Notes under the pieces: model-generated | The model's database searches: none | The model's input: the letters and a program-made list of their open reading frames with translations, nothing else | Told to the model about the DNA's origin: nothing | Shown here: positions 39,121-53,800 of the stretch, piece by piece | Layout of the letters: each line of letters opens with the position of its first letter | Position numbering within the stretch: position 1 is the stretch's first letter | Translations under genes and position numbers: made by a program | Assembly: GCF_009914755.1 (NCBI RefSeq) | Contig: NC_060932.1 | Strand: one strand, 5' to 3' | DNA from: the human T2T-CHM13v2.0 reference genome, Homo sapiens | DNA: 64,000 bases

Positions 39121-42100
39121 CATTCTCAGAAACTTCTTTGTGATGTTTGCATCCAGCTCTCAGAGTTGAACATTCCCTTTCATAGAGTAGGTTTGAAACC
39201 CTCTTTTTATAGTGTCTGGAAGCGGGCATTTGGAGCGCTTTCAGGCCTATGCTGAAAAAGGAAATATCTACCTATAGAAACTAGACAGAAGCATTCTGAG
39301 AATCACGTTTGTGATGTGGGTACTCAACTAACAGTGTTGATCCATTCTTTTGATACAGCAGTTTTGAACCACACTTTTTGTAGAATCTGCAAGTGGATAT
39401 TTGGATAGCTGTGAGGATTTCGTTGGAAACGGGAATGTCTTCATAGAAAATTTAGACAGAAGCATTCTCAGAACCTTGATTGTGATGTGTGTTCTCCACT
39501 AACAGAGTTGAACCTTTCTTTTGACAGAACTGTTCTGAAACATTCTTTTTATAGAATCTGGAAGTGGATATTTGGAAAGCTTTGAGGATTTCGTTGGAAA
39601 CGGGAATATCTTCAAATCAAATCTAGCCAGAAGCATTCTAAGAAACATCTTAGGGATGTTTACATTCAAGTCACAGAGTTGAACATTCCCTTTCACAGAG
39701 CAGGTTTGAAACAATCTTCTCGTACTATCTGGCAGTGGACATTTTGAGCTCCTTGGGGCCTATGCTGAAAAAGGAAATATCTTCCGACAAAAACTAGACA
39801 GAAGCATTCGCAGAATCACGTTTGTGATGTGTGCACTCAACTGTCAGAATTGAACCTTGGTTTGGACAGAGCACTTTTGAAACACTCTTTTTGTAGAATC
39901 TGCAGGTGGATATTTGGCTAGCTTTGAGGATTTCGTTGGAAACGGTAATGTCTTCAAAGAAAATCTAGACAGAAGCATTCTCAGAAACACCTTCGTGATG
40001 TTTGCAATCAAGTCACAGAGTTGAACCTTCCGTTTCATAGAGCAGGTTGGAAACACTCTATTTGTAGTATCTGGAAGTGGACATTTGGAGGGCTTTGTAG
40101 CCTATCTGGAAAAAGGAAATATCTTCCCATGAATGCGAGATAGAAGTAATCTCAGAAACATGTTTATGCTGTATCTACTCAACTAACTGTGCTGAACATT
40201 TCTATTGATAGAGCAGTTTTGAGACACTCTTCTTTTGGAATCTGCAAGTGGATATTTGGATAGATTTGAGGATTTCGTTGGAAACGGGATTATATATAAA
40301 AAGTAGACAGCAGCATTCTCAGAAACTTCTTTGTGATGTTTGCATCCAGCTCTCAGAGTTGAACATTCCCTTTCATAGAGTAGGTTTGAAACCCTCTTTT
40401 TATAGTGTCTGGAAGCGGGCATTTGGAGCGCTTTCAGGCCTATGCTTAAAATAGGAAATATCTACCTACAGAAACTAGACAGAAGCATTCTGAGAATCTC
40501 GTTTGTGATGTGGGTACTCAACTAACAGTGTTGATCCATTCTTTTGATACAGCAGTTTTGAACCACACTTTTTGTAGAATCTGCAAGAGGATATTTGGAT
40601 AGCTGTGAGGATTTCGTTGGAAACGGGAATGTCTTCAAAGAAAATCTAGACAGAAGCATTCTCAGAAATACCTTCGTGATGTTTGCAATCAAGTCACAGA
40701 GTTGAACCTTCCGTTTCATAGAGCAGGTTGGAAACACTCTTATTGTAGTATCTGGAAGTGGACATTTGGAGCGCTTTCAGGCCTATGGTGAAAAAGGAAA
40801 TATCTTCCCATAAAAACGATATAGAAGCTATCTCAGGAACTTGTTTATGATGCATCTAATCAACTAACAGTGTTGAACCTTTGTACTGACAGAGCAGTTT
40901 GAAACACTCTTTTTTTGGAATCTGCAAGTGGATATTTGGATCGCTTTGAGGATTTCGTTGGAAACGGGATGCAATATAAAACGTACACAGCAGCATACTC
41001 AGAAAATTCTTTGCCATATTTCCATTCAAGTCACAGAGTGGAACATTCCCATTCATAGAGCAGGTTGGAAACACTCTTTTTGGAGTATCTGGAAGTGGAC
41101 ATTTGGAGCGCTTTCTGAACTATGGTGAAAAAGGAAATATCTTCCAATGAAAACAAGACAGAAGCATTCTGAGAAACTTATTTGTGATGTGTGTCCTCAA
41201 CAAACGGACTTGAACCTTTCGTTTCATGCAGTACTTCTGGAACACTCTTTTTGAAGATTCTGCATGCGGATATTTGGATAGCTTTGAGGATTTCGTTGGA
41301 AACGGGCTTACATGTAAAAATTAGACAGCAGCATTCTCAGAAACTTCTTTGTGGTGTCTGCATTCAAGTCTCAGAATTGAACTTCCCCTCACATAGAGCA
41401 GTTGTGCAGCACTCTATTTGTAGTATCTGGAAGTGGACATTTGGAGGGCTTTGTAGCCTATCTGGAAAAAGGAAATATCTTCCCATGAATGCGAGATAGA
41501 AGTAATCTCAGAAACATGTTTATGCTGTATCTACTCAACTAACTGTGCTGAACATTTCTATTGATAGAGCAGTTTTGAGACACTCTTCTTTTGGAATCTG
41601 CAAGTGGATATTTGGATAGATTTGAGGATTTCGTTGGAAACGGGATTATATATAAAAAGTAGACAGCAGCATTCTCAGAAACTTCTTTGTGATGTTTGCA
41701 TCCAGCTCTCAGAGTTGAACATTCCCTTTCATAGAGTAGGTTTGAAACCCTCTTTTTATAGTGTCTGGAAGCGGGCATTTGGAGCGCTTTCAGGCCTATG
41801 CTTAAAATAGGAAATATCTACCTACAGAAACTAGACAGAAGCATTCTGAGAATCACGTTTGTGATGTGGGTACTCAACTAACAGTGTTGATCCATTCTTT
41901 TGATACAGCAGTTTTGAACCACACTTTTTGTAGAATCTGCAAGAGGATATTTGGATAGCTGTGAGGATTTCGTTGGAAACGGGGATGTCTTCAAAGAAAA
42001 TCTAGACAGAAGCATTCTCAGAAACACCTTCGTGATGTTTGCAATCAAGTCACAGAGTTGAACCTTCCGTTTCATAGAGCAGGTTGGAAACACTCTTATT

Positions 42101-45100
42101 GTAGTATCTGGAAGTGGACATTTGGAGCGCTTTCAGGCCTATGGTGAAAAAGGAAATATCTTCCCATAAAAACGACATAGAAGCTATCTCAGGAACTTGT
42201 TTATGATGCATCTAATCAACTAACAGTGTTGAACCTTTGTACTGACAGAGCAGTTTGAAACACTCTTTTTTTGGAATCTGCAAGTGGATATTTGGATCGC
42301 TTTGAGGATTTCGTTGGAAACGGGATGCAATATAAAACGTACACAGCAGCATACTCAGAAAATACTTTGCCATATTTCCATTCAAGTCACAGAGTGGAAC
42401 ATTCCCATTCATAGAGCAGGTTGGAAACACTCTTTTTGGAGTATCTGGAAGTGGACATTTGGAGCGCTTTCTGAACTATGGTGAAAAAGGAAATATCTTC
42501 CAATGAAAACAAGACAGAAGCATTCTGAGAAACTTATTTGTGATGTGTGTCCTCAACAAACGGACTTGAACCTTTCGTTTCATGCAGTACTTCTGGAACA
42601 CTCTTTTTGAAGATTCTGCATGCGGATATTTGGATAGCTTTGAGGATTTCGTTGGAAACGGGCTTACATGTAAAAATTAGACAGCAGCATTCTCAGAAAC
42701 TTCTTTGTGGTGTCTGCATTCAAGTCACAGAATTGAACTTCCCCTCACATAGAGCAGTTGTGCAGCACTCTATTTGTAGTATCTGGAAGTGGACATTTGG
42801 AGGGCTTTGTAGCCTATGTGGAAAAAGGAAATATCTTCCCATGAATGCGAGATAGAAGTAATCTCAGAAACATGTTTATGCTGTATCTACTCAACTAACT
42901 GTGCTGAACATTTCTATTGATAGAGCAGTTTTGAGACACTCTTCTTTTGGAATCTGCAAGTGGATATTTGGATAGATTTGAGGATTTCGTTGGAAACGGG
43001 ATTATATATCAAAAGTAGACAGCAGCATTCTCAGAAACTTCTTTGTGATGTTTGCATCCAGCTCTCAGAGTTGAACATTCCCTTTCATAGAGTAGGTTTG
43101 AAACCCTCTTTTTATAGTGTCTGGAAGCGGGCATTTGGAGCGCTTTCAGGCCTATGCTGAAAAAGGAAATATCTACCTATAGAAACTAGACAGAAGCATT
43201 CTGAGAATCACGTTTGTGATGTGGGTACTCAACTAACAGTGTTGATCCATTCTTTTGATACAGCAGTTTTGAACCACACTTTTTGTAGAATCTGCAAGTG
43301 GATATTTGGATAGCTGTGAGGATTTCGTTGGAAACGGGAATGTCTTCATAGAAAATTTAGACAGAAGCATTCTCAGAACCTTGATTGTGATGTGTGTTCT
43401 CCACTAACAGAGTTGAACCTTTCTTTTGACAGAACTGTTCTGAAACATTCTTTTTATAGAATCTGGAAGTGGATATTTGGAAAGCTTTGAGGATTTCGTT
43501 GGAAACGGGAATATCTTCAAATCAAATCTAGCCAGAAGCATTCTAAGAAACATCTTAGGGATGTTTACATTCAAGTCACAGAGTTGAACATTCCCTTTCA
43601 CAGAGCAGGTTTGAAACAATCTTCTCGTACTATCTGGCAGTGGACATTTTGAGCTCCTTGGGGCCTATGCTGAAAAAGGAAATATCTTCCGACAAAAACT
43701 AGACAGAAGCATTCGCAGAATCACGTTTGTGATGTGTGCACTCAACTGTCAGAATTGAACCTTGGTTTGGACAGAGCACTTTTGAAACACTCTTTTTGTA
43801 GAATCTGCAGGTGGATATTTGGCTAGCTTTGAGGATTTCGTTGGAAACGGTAATGTCTTCAAAGAAAATCTAGACAGAAGCATTCTCAGAAACACCTTCG
43901 TGATGTTTGCAATCAAGTCACAGAGTTGAACCTTCCGTTTCATAGAGCAGGTTGGAAACACTCTTTTTGTAGTATCTGGAAGTGGACATTTGGAGGGCTT
44001 TGTAGCCTATGTGGAAAAAGGAAATATCTTCCCATGAATGCGAGATAGAAGTAATCTCAGAAACATGTTTATGCTGTATCTACTCAACTAACTGTGCTGA
44101 ACATTTCTATTGATAGAGCAGTTTTGAGACACTCTTCTTTTGGAATCTGCAAGTGGATATTTGGAGAGATTTGAGGATTTCGTTGGAAACGGGATTATAT
44201 ATAAAAAGTAGACAGCAGCATTCTCAGAAACTTCTTTGTGATGTTTGCATCCAGCTCTCAGAGTTGAACATTCCCTTTCATAGAGTAGGTTTGAAACCCT
44301 CTTTTTATAGTGTCTGGAAGCGGGCATTTGGAGCGCTTTCAGGCCTATGCTTAAAATAGGAAATATCTACCTACAGAAACTAGACAGAAGCATTCTGAGA
44401 ATCTCGTTTGTGATGTGGGTACTCAACTAACAGTGTTGATCCATTCTTTTGATACAGCAGTTTTGAACCACACTTTTTGTAGAATCTGCAAGAGGATATT
44501 TGGATAGCTGTGAGGATTTCGTTGGAAACGGGAATGTCTTCAAAGAAAATCTAGACAGAAGCATTCTCAGAAATACCTTCGTGATGTTTGCAATCAAGTC
44601 ACAGAGTTGAACCTTCCGTTTCATAGAGCAGGTTGGAAACACTCTTATTGTAGTATCTGGAAGTGGACATTTGGAGCGCTTTCAGGCCTATGGTGAAAAA
44701 GGAAATATCTTCCCATAAAAACGATATAGAAGCTATCTCAGGAACTTGTTTATGAGGCATCTAATCAACTAACAGTGTTGAACCTTTGTACTGACAGAGC
44801 AGTTTGAAACACTCTTTTTTTGGAATCTGCAAGTGGATATTTGGATCGCTTTGAGGATTTCGTTGGAAACGGGATGCAATATAAAACGTACACAGCAGCA
44901 TACTCAGAAAATACTTTGCCATATTTCCATTCAAGTCACAGAGTGGAACATTCCCATTCATAGAGCAGGTTGGAAACACTCTTTTTGGAGTATCTGGAAG
45001 TGGACATTTGGAGCGCTTTCTGAACTATGGTGAAAAAGGAAATATCTTCCAATGAAAACAAGACAGAAGCATTCTGAGAAACTTATTTGTGATGTGTGTC

Positions 45101-48100
45101 CTCAACAAACGGACTTGAACCTTTCGTTTCATGCAGTACTTCTGGAACACTCTTTTTGAAGATTCTGCATGCGGATATTTGGATAGCTTTGAGGATTTCG
45201 TTGGAAACGGGCTTACATGTAAAAATTAGACAGCAGCATTCTCAGAAACTTCTTTGTGGTGTCTGCATTCAAGTCACAGAATTGAACTTCCCCTCCCATA
45301 GAGCAGTTGTGCAGCACTCTATTTGTAGTATCTGGAAGTGGACATTTGGAGGGCTTTGTAGCCTATCTGGAAAAAGGAAATATCTTCCCATGAATGCGAG
45401 ATAGAAGTAATCTCAGAAACATGTTTATGCTGTATCTACTCAACTAACTGTGCTGAACATTTCTATTGATAGAGCAGTTTTGAGACACTCTTCTTTTGGA
45501 ATCTGCAAGTGGATATTTGGATAGATTTGAGGATTTCGTTGGAAACGGGATTATATATAGAAAGTAGACAGCAGCATTCTCAGAAACTTCTTTGTGATGT
45601 TTGCATCCAGCTCTCAGAGTTGAACATTCCCTTTCATAGAGTAGGTTTGAAACCCTCTTTTTATAGTGTCTGGAAGCGGGCATTTGGAGCGCTTTCAGGC
45701 CTATGCTTAAAATAGGAAATATCTACCTACAGAAACTAGACAGAAGCATTCTGAGAATCACGTTTGTGATGTGGGTACTCAACTAACAGTGTTGATCCAT
45801 TCTTTTGATACAGCAGTTTTGAACCACACTTTTTGTAGAATCTGCAAGAGGATATTTGGATAGCTGTGAGGATTTCGTTGGAAACGGGGATGTCTTCAAA
45901 GAAAATCTAGACAGAAGCATTCTCAGAAACACCTTCGTGATGTTTGCAATCAAGTCACAGAGTTGAACCTTCCGTTTCATAGAGCAGGTTGGAAACACTC
46001 TTATTGTAGTATCTGGAAGTGGACATTTGGAGCGCTTTCAGGCCTATGGTGAAAAAGGAAATATCTTCCCATAAAAACGACATAGAAGCTATCTCAGGAA
46101 CTTGTTTATGATGCATCTAATCAACTAACAGTGTTGAACCTTTGTACTGACAGAGCAGTTTGAAACACTCTTTTTTTGGAATCTGCAAGTGGATATTTGG
46201 ATCGCTTTGAGGATTTCGTTGGAAACGGGATGCAATATAAAACGTACACAGCAGCATACTCAGAAAATACTTTGCCATATTTCCATTCAAGTCACAGAGT
46301 GGAACATTCCCATTCATAGAGCAGGTTGGAAACACTCTTTTTGGAGTATCTGGAAGTGGACATTTGGAGCGCTTTCTGAACTATGGTGAAAAAGGAAATA
46401 TCTTCCAATGAAAACAAGACAGAAGCATTCTGAGAAACTTATTTGTGATGTGTGTCCTCAACAAACGGACTTGAACCTTTCGTTTCATGCAGTACTTCTG
46501 GAACACTCTTTTTGAAGATTCTGCATGCGGATATTTGGATAGCTTTGAGGATTTCGTTGGAAACGGGCTTACATGTAAAAATTAGACAGCAGCATTCTCA
46601 GAAACTTCTTTGTGGTGTCTGCATTCAAGTCACAGAATTGAACTTCCCCTCACATAGAGCAGTTGTGCAGCACTCTATTTGTAGTATCTGGAAGTGGACA
46701 TTTGGAGGGCTTTGTAGCCTATGTGGAAAAAGGAAATATCTTCCCATGAATGCGAGATAGAAGTAATCTCAGAAACATGTTTATGCTGTATCTACTCAAC
46801 TAACTGTGCTGAACATTTCTATTGATAGAGCAGTTTTGAGACACTCTTCTTTTGGAATCTGCAAGTGGATATTTGGATAGATTTGAGGATTTCGTTGGAA
46901 ACGGGATTATATATCAAAAGTAGACAGCAGCATTCTCAGAAACTTCTTTGTGATGTTTGCATCCAGCTCTCAGAGTTGAACATTCCCTTTCATAGAGTAG
47001 GTTTGAAACCCTCTTTTTATAGTGTCTGGAAGCGGGCATTTGGAGCGCTTTCAGGCCTATGCTGAAAAAGGAAATATCTACCTATAGAAACTAGACAGAA
47101 GCATTCTGAGAATCACGTTTGTGATGTGGGTACTCAACTAACAGTGTTGATCCATTCTTTTGATACAGCAGTTTTGAACCACACTTTTTGTAGAATCTGC
47201 AAGTGGATATTTGGATAGCTGTGAGGATTTCGTTGGAAACGGGAATGTCTTCATAGAAAATTTAGACAGAAGCATTCTCAGAACCTTGATTGTGATGTGT
47301 GTTCTCCACTAACAGAGTTGAACCTTTCTTTTGACAGAACTGTTCTGAAACATTCTTTTTATAGAATCTGGAAGTGGATATTTGGAAAGCTTTGAGGATT
47401 TCGTTGGAAACGGGAATATCTTCAAATCAAATCTAGCCAGAAGCATTCTAAGAAACATCTTAGGGATGTTTACATTCAAGTCACAGAGTTGAACATTCCC
47501 TTTCACAGAGCAGGTTTGAAACAATCTTCTCGTACTATCTGGCAGTGGACATTTTGAGCTCCTTGGGGCCTATGCTGAAAAAGGAAATATCTTCCGACAA
47601 AAACTAGGCAGAAGCATTCGCAGAATCACGTTTGTGATGTGTGCACTCAATTGTCAGAATTGAACCTTGGTTTGGACAGAGCACTTTTGAAACACTCTTT
47701 TTGTAGAATCTGCAGGTGGATATTTGGCTAGCTTTGAGGATTTCGTTGGAAACGGTAATGTCTTCAAAGAAAATCTAGACAGAAGCATTCTCAGAAACAC
47801 CTTCGTGATGTTTGCAATCAAGTCACAGAGTTGAACCTTCCGTTTCATAGAGCAGGTTGGAAACACTCTTTTTGTAGTATCTGGAAGTGGACATTTGGAG
47901 GGCTTTGTAGCCTATGTGGTAAAAGGAAATATCTTCCCATGAATGCGAGATAGAAGTAATCTCAGAAACATGTTTATGCTGTATCTACTCAACTAACTGT
48001 GCTGAACATTTCTATTGATAGAGCAGTTTTGAGACACTCTTCTTTTGGAATCTGCAAGTGGATATTTGGAGAGATTTGAGGATTTCGTTGGAAACGGGAT

Positions 48101-50835
48101 TATATATAAAAAGTAGACAGCAGCATTCTCAGAAACTTCTTTGTGATGTTTGCATCCAGCTCTCAGAGTTGAACATTCCCTTTCATAGAGTAGGTTTGAA
48201 ACCCTCTTTTTATAGTGTCTGGAAGCGGGCATTTGGAGCGCTTTCAGGCCTATGCTTAAAATAGGAAATATCTACCTACAGAAACTAGACAGAAGCATTC
48301 TGAGAATCTCGTTTGTGATGTGGGTACTCAACTAACAGTGTTGATCCATTCTTTTGATACAGCAGTTTTGAACCACACTTTTTGTAGAATCTGCAAGAGG
48401 ATATTTGGATAGCTGTGAGGATTTCGTTGGAAACGGGAATGTCTTCAAAGAAAATCTAGACAGAAGCATTCTCAGAAATACCTTCGTGATGTTTGCAATC
48501 AAGTCACAGAGTTGAACCTTCCGTTTCATAGAGCAGGTTGGAAACACTCTTATTGTAGTATCTGGAAGTGGACATTTGGAGCGCTTTCAGGCCTATGGTG
48601 AAAAAGGAAATATCTTCCCATAAAAACGATATAGAAGCTATCTCAGGAACTTGTTTATGAGGCATCTAATCAACTAACAGTGTTGAACCTTTGTACTGAC
48701 AGAGCAGTTTGAAACACTCTTTTTTTGGAATCTGCAAGTGGATATTTGGATCGCTTTGAGGATTTCGTTGGAAACGGGATGCAATATAAAACGTACACAG
48801 CAGCATACTCAGAAAATACTTTGCCATATTTCCATTCAAGTCACAGAGTGGAACATTCCCATTCATAGAGCAGGTTGGAAACACTCTTTTTGGAGTATCT
48901 GGAAGTGGACATTTGGAGCGCTTTCTGAACTATGGTGAAAAAGGAAATATCTTCCAATGAAAACAAGACAGAAGCATTCTGAGAAACTTATTTGTGATGT
49001 GTGTCCTCAACAAACGGACTTGAACCTTTCGTTTCATGCAGTACTTCTGGAACACTCTTTTTGAAGATTCTGCATGCGGATATTTGGATAGCTTTGAGGA
49101 TTTCGTTGGAAACGGGCTTACATGTAAAAATTAGACAGCAGCATTCTCAGAAACTTCTTTGTGGTGTCTGCATTCAAGTCACAGAATTGAACTTCCCCTC
49201 ACATAGAGCAGTTGTGCAGCACTCTATTTGTAGTATCTGGAAGTGGACATTTGGAGGGCTTTGTAGCCTATCTGGAAAAAGGAAATATCTTCCCATGAAT
49301 GCGAGATAGAAGTAATCTCAGAAACATGTTTATGCTGTATCTACTCAACTAACTGTGCTGAACATTTCTATTGATAGAGCAGTTTTGAGACACTCTTCTT
49401 TTGGAATCTGCAAGTGGATATTTGGAGAGATTTGAGGATTTCGTTGGAAACGGGATTATATATAAAAAGTAGACAGCAGCATTCTCAGAAACTTCTTTGT
49501 GATGTTTGCATCCAGCTCTCAGAGTTGAACATTCCCTTTCATAGAGTAGGTTTGAAACCCTCTTTTTATAGTGTCTGGAAGCGGGCATTTGGAGCGCTTT
49601 CAGGCCTATGCTTAAAATAGGAAATATCTACCTACAGAAACTAGACAGAAGCATTCTGAGAATCACGTTTGTGATGTGGGTACTCAACTAACAGTGTTGA
49701 TCCATTCTTTTGATACAGCAGTTTTGAACCACACTTTTTGTAGAATCTGCAAGAGGATATTTGGATAGCTGTGAGGATTTCGTTGGAAACGGGGATGTCT
49801 TCAAAGAAAATCTAGACAGAAGCATTCTCAGAAACACCTTCGTGATGTTTGCAATCAAGTCACAGAGTTGAACCTTCCGTTTCATAGAGCAGGTTGGAAA
49901 CACTCTTATTGTAGTATCTGGAAGTGGACATTTGGAGCGCTTTCAGGCCTATGGTGAAAAAGGAAATATCTTCCCATAAAAACGATATAGAAGCTATCTC
50001 AGGAACTTGTTTATGATGCATCTAATCAACTAACAGTGTTGAACCTTTGTACTGACAGAGCAGTTTGAAACACTCTTTTTTTGGAATCTGCAAGTGGATA
50101 TTTGGATCGCTTTGAGGATTTCGTTGGAAACGGGATGCAATATAAAACGTACACAGCAGCATACTCAGAAAATACTTTGCCATATTTCCATTCAAGTCAC
50201 AGAGTGGAACATTCCCATTCATAGAGCAGGTTGGAAACACTCTTTTTGGAGTATCTGGAAGTGGACATTTGGAGCGCTTTCTGAACTATGGTGAAAAAGG
50301 AAATATCTTCCAATGAAAACAAGACAGAAGCATTCTGAGAAACTTATTTGTGATGTGTGTCCTCAACAAACGGACTTGAACCTTTCGTTTCATGCAGTAC
50401 TTCTGGAACACTCTTTTTGAAGATTCTGCATGCGGATATTTGGATAGCTTTGAGGATTTCGTTGGAAACGGGCTTACATGTAAAAATTAGACAGCAGCAT
50501 TCTCAGAAACTTCTTTGTGGTGTCTGCATTCAAGTCACAGAATTGAACTTCCCCTCACATAGAGCAGTTGTGCAGCACTCTATTTGTAGTATCTGGAAGT
50601 GGACATTTGGAGGGCTTTGTAGCCTATCTGGAAAAAGGAAATATCTTCCCATGAATGCGAGATAGAAGTAATCTCAGAAACATGTTTATGCTGTATCTAC
50701 TCAACTAACTGTGCTGAACATTTCTATTGATAGAGCAGTTTTGAGACACTCTTCTTTTGGAATCTGCAAGTGGATATTTGGATAGATTTGAGGATTTCGT
50801 TGGAAACGGGATTATATATAAAAAGTAGACAGCAG
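39121..50835 (+). repeat. (7-8-8) x3 super-HOR block, 3905 bp period (23 monomers)
   Basis: Anchors 39055, 42960, 46865, 50770 are spaced 3905 bp. SNVs atatCaaaa (43010, 46915) and tgaGgcat (44756, 48661) follow the period. Confidence 0.88.
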
Positions 50836-53800
50836 CATTCTCAGAAACTTCTTTGTGATGTTTGCATCCAGCTCTCAGAGTTGAACATTCCCTTTCATAG
50901 AGTAGGTTTGAAACCCTCTTTTTATAGTGTCTGGAAGCGGGCATTTGGAGCGCTTTCAGGCCTATGCTGAAAAAGGAAATATCTACCTATAGAAACTAGA
51001 CAGAAGCATTCTGAGAATCACGTTTGTGATGTGGGTACTCAACTAACAGTGTTGATCCATTCTTTTGATACAGCAGTTTTGAACCACACTTTTTGTAGAA
51101 TCTGCAAGTGGATATTTGGATAGCTGTGAGGATTTCGTTGGAAACGGGAATGTCTTCATAGAAAATTTAGACAGAAGCATTCTCAGAACCTTGATTGTGA
51201 TGTGTGTTCTCCACTAACAGAGTTGAACCTTTCTTTTGACAGAACTGTTCTGAAACATTCTTTTTATAGAATCTGGAAGTGGATATTTGGAAAGCTTTGA
51301 GGATTTCGTTGGAAACGGGAATATCTTCAAATCAAATCTAGCCAGAAGCATTCTAAGAAACATCTTAGGGATGTTTACATTCAAGTCACAGAGTTGAACA
51401 TTCCCTTTCACAGAGCAGGTTTGAAACAATCTTCTCGTACTATCTGGCAGTGGACATTTTGAGCTCCTTGGGGCCTATGCTGAAAAAGGAAATATCTTCC
51501 GACAAAAACTAGACAGAAGCATTCGCAGAATCACGTTTGTGATGTGTGCACTCAACTGTCAGAATTGAACCTTGGTTTGGACAGAGCACTTTTGAAACAC
51601 TCTTTTTGTAGAATCTGCAGGTGGATATTTGGCTAGCTTTGAGGATTTCGTTGGAAACGGTAATGTCTTCAAAGAAAATCTAGACAGAAGCATTCTCAGA
51701 AACACCTTCGTGATGTTTGCAATCAAGTCACAGAGTTGAACCTTCCGTTTCATAGAGCAGGTTGGAAACACTCTTTTTGTAGTATCTGGAAGTGGACATT
51801 TGGAGGGCTTTGTAGCCTATGTGGAAAAAGGAAATATCTTCCCATGAATGCGAGATAGAAGTAATCTCAGAAACATGTTTATGCTGTATCTACTCAACTA
51901 ACTGTGCTGAACATTTCTATTGATAGAGCAGTTTTGAGACACTCTTCTTTTGGAATCTGCAAGTGGATATTTGGAGAGATTTGAGGATTTCGTTGGAAAC
52001 GGGATTATATATAAAAAGTAGACAGCAGCATTCTCAGAAACTTCTTTGTGATGTTTGCATCCAGCTCTCAGAGTTGAACATTCCCTTTCATAGAGTAGGT
52101 TTGAAACCCTCTTTTTATAGTGTCTGGAAGCGGGCATTTGGAGCGCTTTCAGACCTATGCTTAAAATAGGAAATATCTACCTACAGAAACTAGACAGAAG
52201 CATTCTGAGAATCTCGTTTGTGATGTGGGTACTCAACTAACAGTGTTGATCCATTCTTTTGATACAGCAGTTTTGAACCACACTTTTTGTAGAATCTGCA
52301 AGAGGATATTTGGATAGCTGTGAGGATTTCGTTGGAAACGGGAATGTCTTCAAAGAAAATCTAGACAGAAACATTCTCAGAAACACCTTCGTGATGTTTG
52401 CAATCAAGTCACAGAGTTGAACCTTCCGTTTCATAGAGCAGGTTGGAAACACTCTTATTGTAGTATCTGGAAGTGGACATTTGGAGCGCTTTCAGGCCTA
52501 TGGTGAAAAAGGAAATATCTTCCCATAAAAACGACATAGAAGCTATCTCAGGAACTTGTTTATGAGGCATCTAATCAACTAACAGTGTTGAACCTTTGTA
52601 CTGACAGAGCAGTTTGAAACACTCTTTTTTTGGAATCTGCAAGTGGATATTTGGATCGCTTTGAGGATTTCGTTGGAAACGGGATGCAATATAAAACGTA
52701 CACAGCAGCATACTCAGAAAATTCTTTGCCATATTTCCATTCAAGTCACAGAGTGGAACATTCCCATTCATAGAGCAGGTTGGAAACACTCTTTTTGGAG
52801 TATCTGGAAGTGGACATTTGGAGCGCTTTCTGAACTATGGTGAAAAAGGAAATATCTTCCAATGAAAACAAGACAGAAGCATTCTGAGAAACTTATTTGT
52901 GATGTGTGTCCTCAACAAACGGACTTGAACCTTTCGTTTCATGCAGTACTTCTGGAACACTCTTTTTGAAGATTCTGCATGCGGATATTTGGATAGCTTT
53001 GAGGATTTCGTTGGAAACGGGCTTACATGTAAAAATTAGACAGCAGCATTCTCAGAAACTTCTTTGTGGTGTCTGCATTCAAGTCACAGAATTGAACATC
53101 CCCTCACATAGAGCAGTTGTGCAGCACTCTATTTGTAGTATCTGGAAGTGGACATTTGGAGGGCTTTGTAGCCTATGTGGAAAAAGGAAATATCTTCCCA
53201 TGAATGCGAGATAGAAGTAATCTCAGAAACATGTTTATGCTGTATCTACTCAACTAACTGTGCTGAACATTTCTATTGATAGAGCAGTTTTGAGACACTC
53301 TTCTTTTGGAATCTGCAAGTGGATATTTGGATAGATTTGAGGATTTCGTTGGAAACGGGATTATATATAAAAAGTAGACAGCAGCATTCTCAGAAACTTC
53401 TTTGTGATGTTTGCATCCAGCTCTCAGAGTTGAACATTCCCTTTCATAGAGTAGGTTTGAAACCCTCTTTTTATAGTGTCTGGAAGCGGGCATTTGGAGC
53501 GCTTTCAGGCCTATGCTGAAAAAGGAAATATCTACCTATAGAAACTAGACAGAAGCATTCTGAGAATCACGTTTGTGATGTGGGTACTCAACTAACAGTG
53601 TTGATCCATTCTTTTGATACAGCAGTTTTGAACCACACTTTTTGTAGAATCTGCAAGTGGATATTTGGATAGCTGTGAGGATTTCGTTGGAAACGGGAAT
53701 GTCTTCATAGAAAATTTAGACAGAAGCATTCTCAGAACCTTGATTGTGATGTGTGTTCTCCACTAACAGAGTTGAACCTTTCTTTTGACAGAACTGTTCT

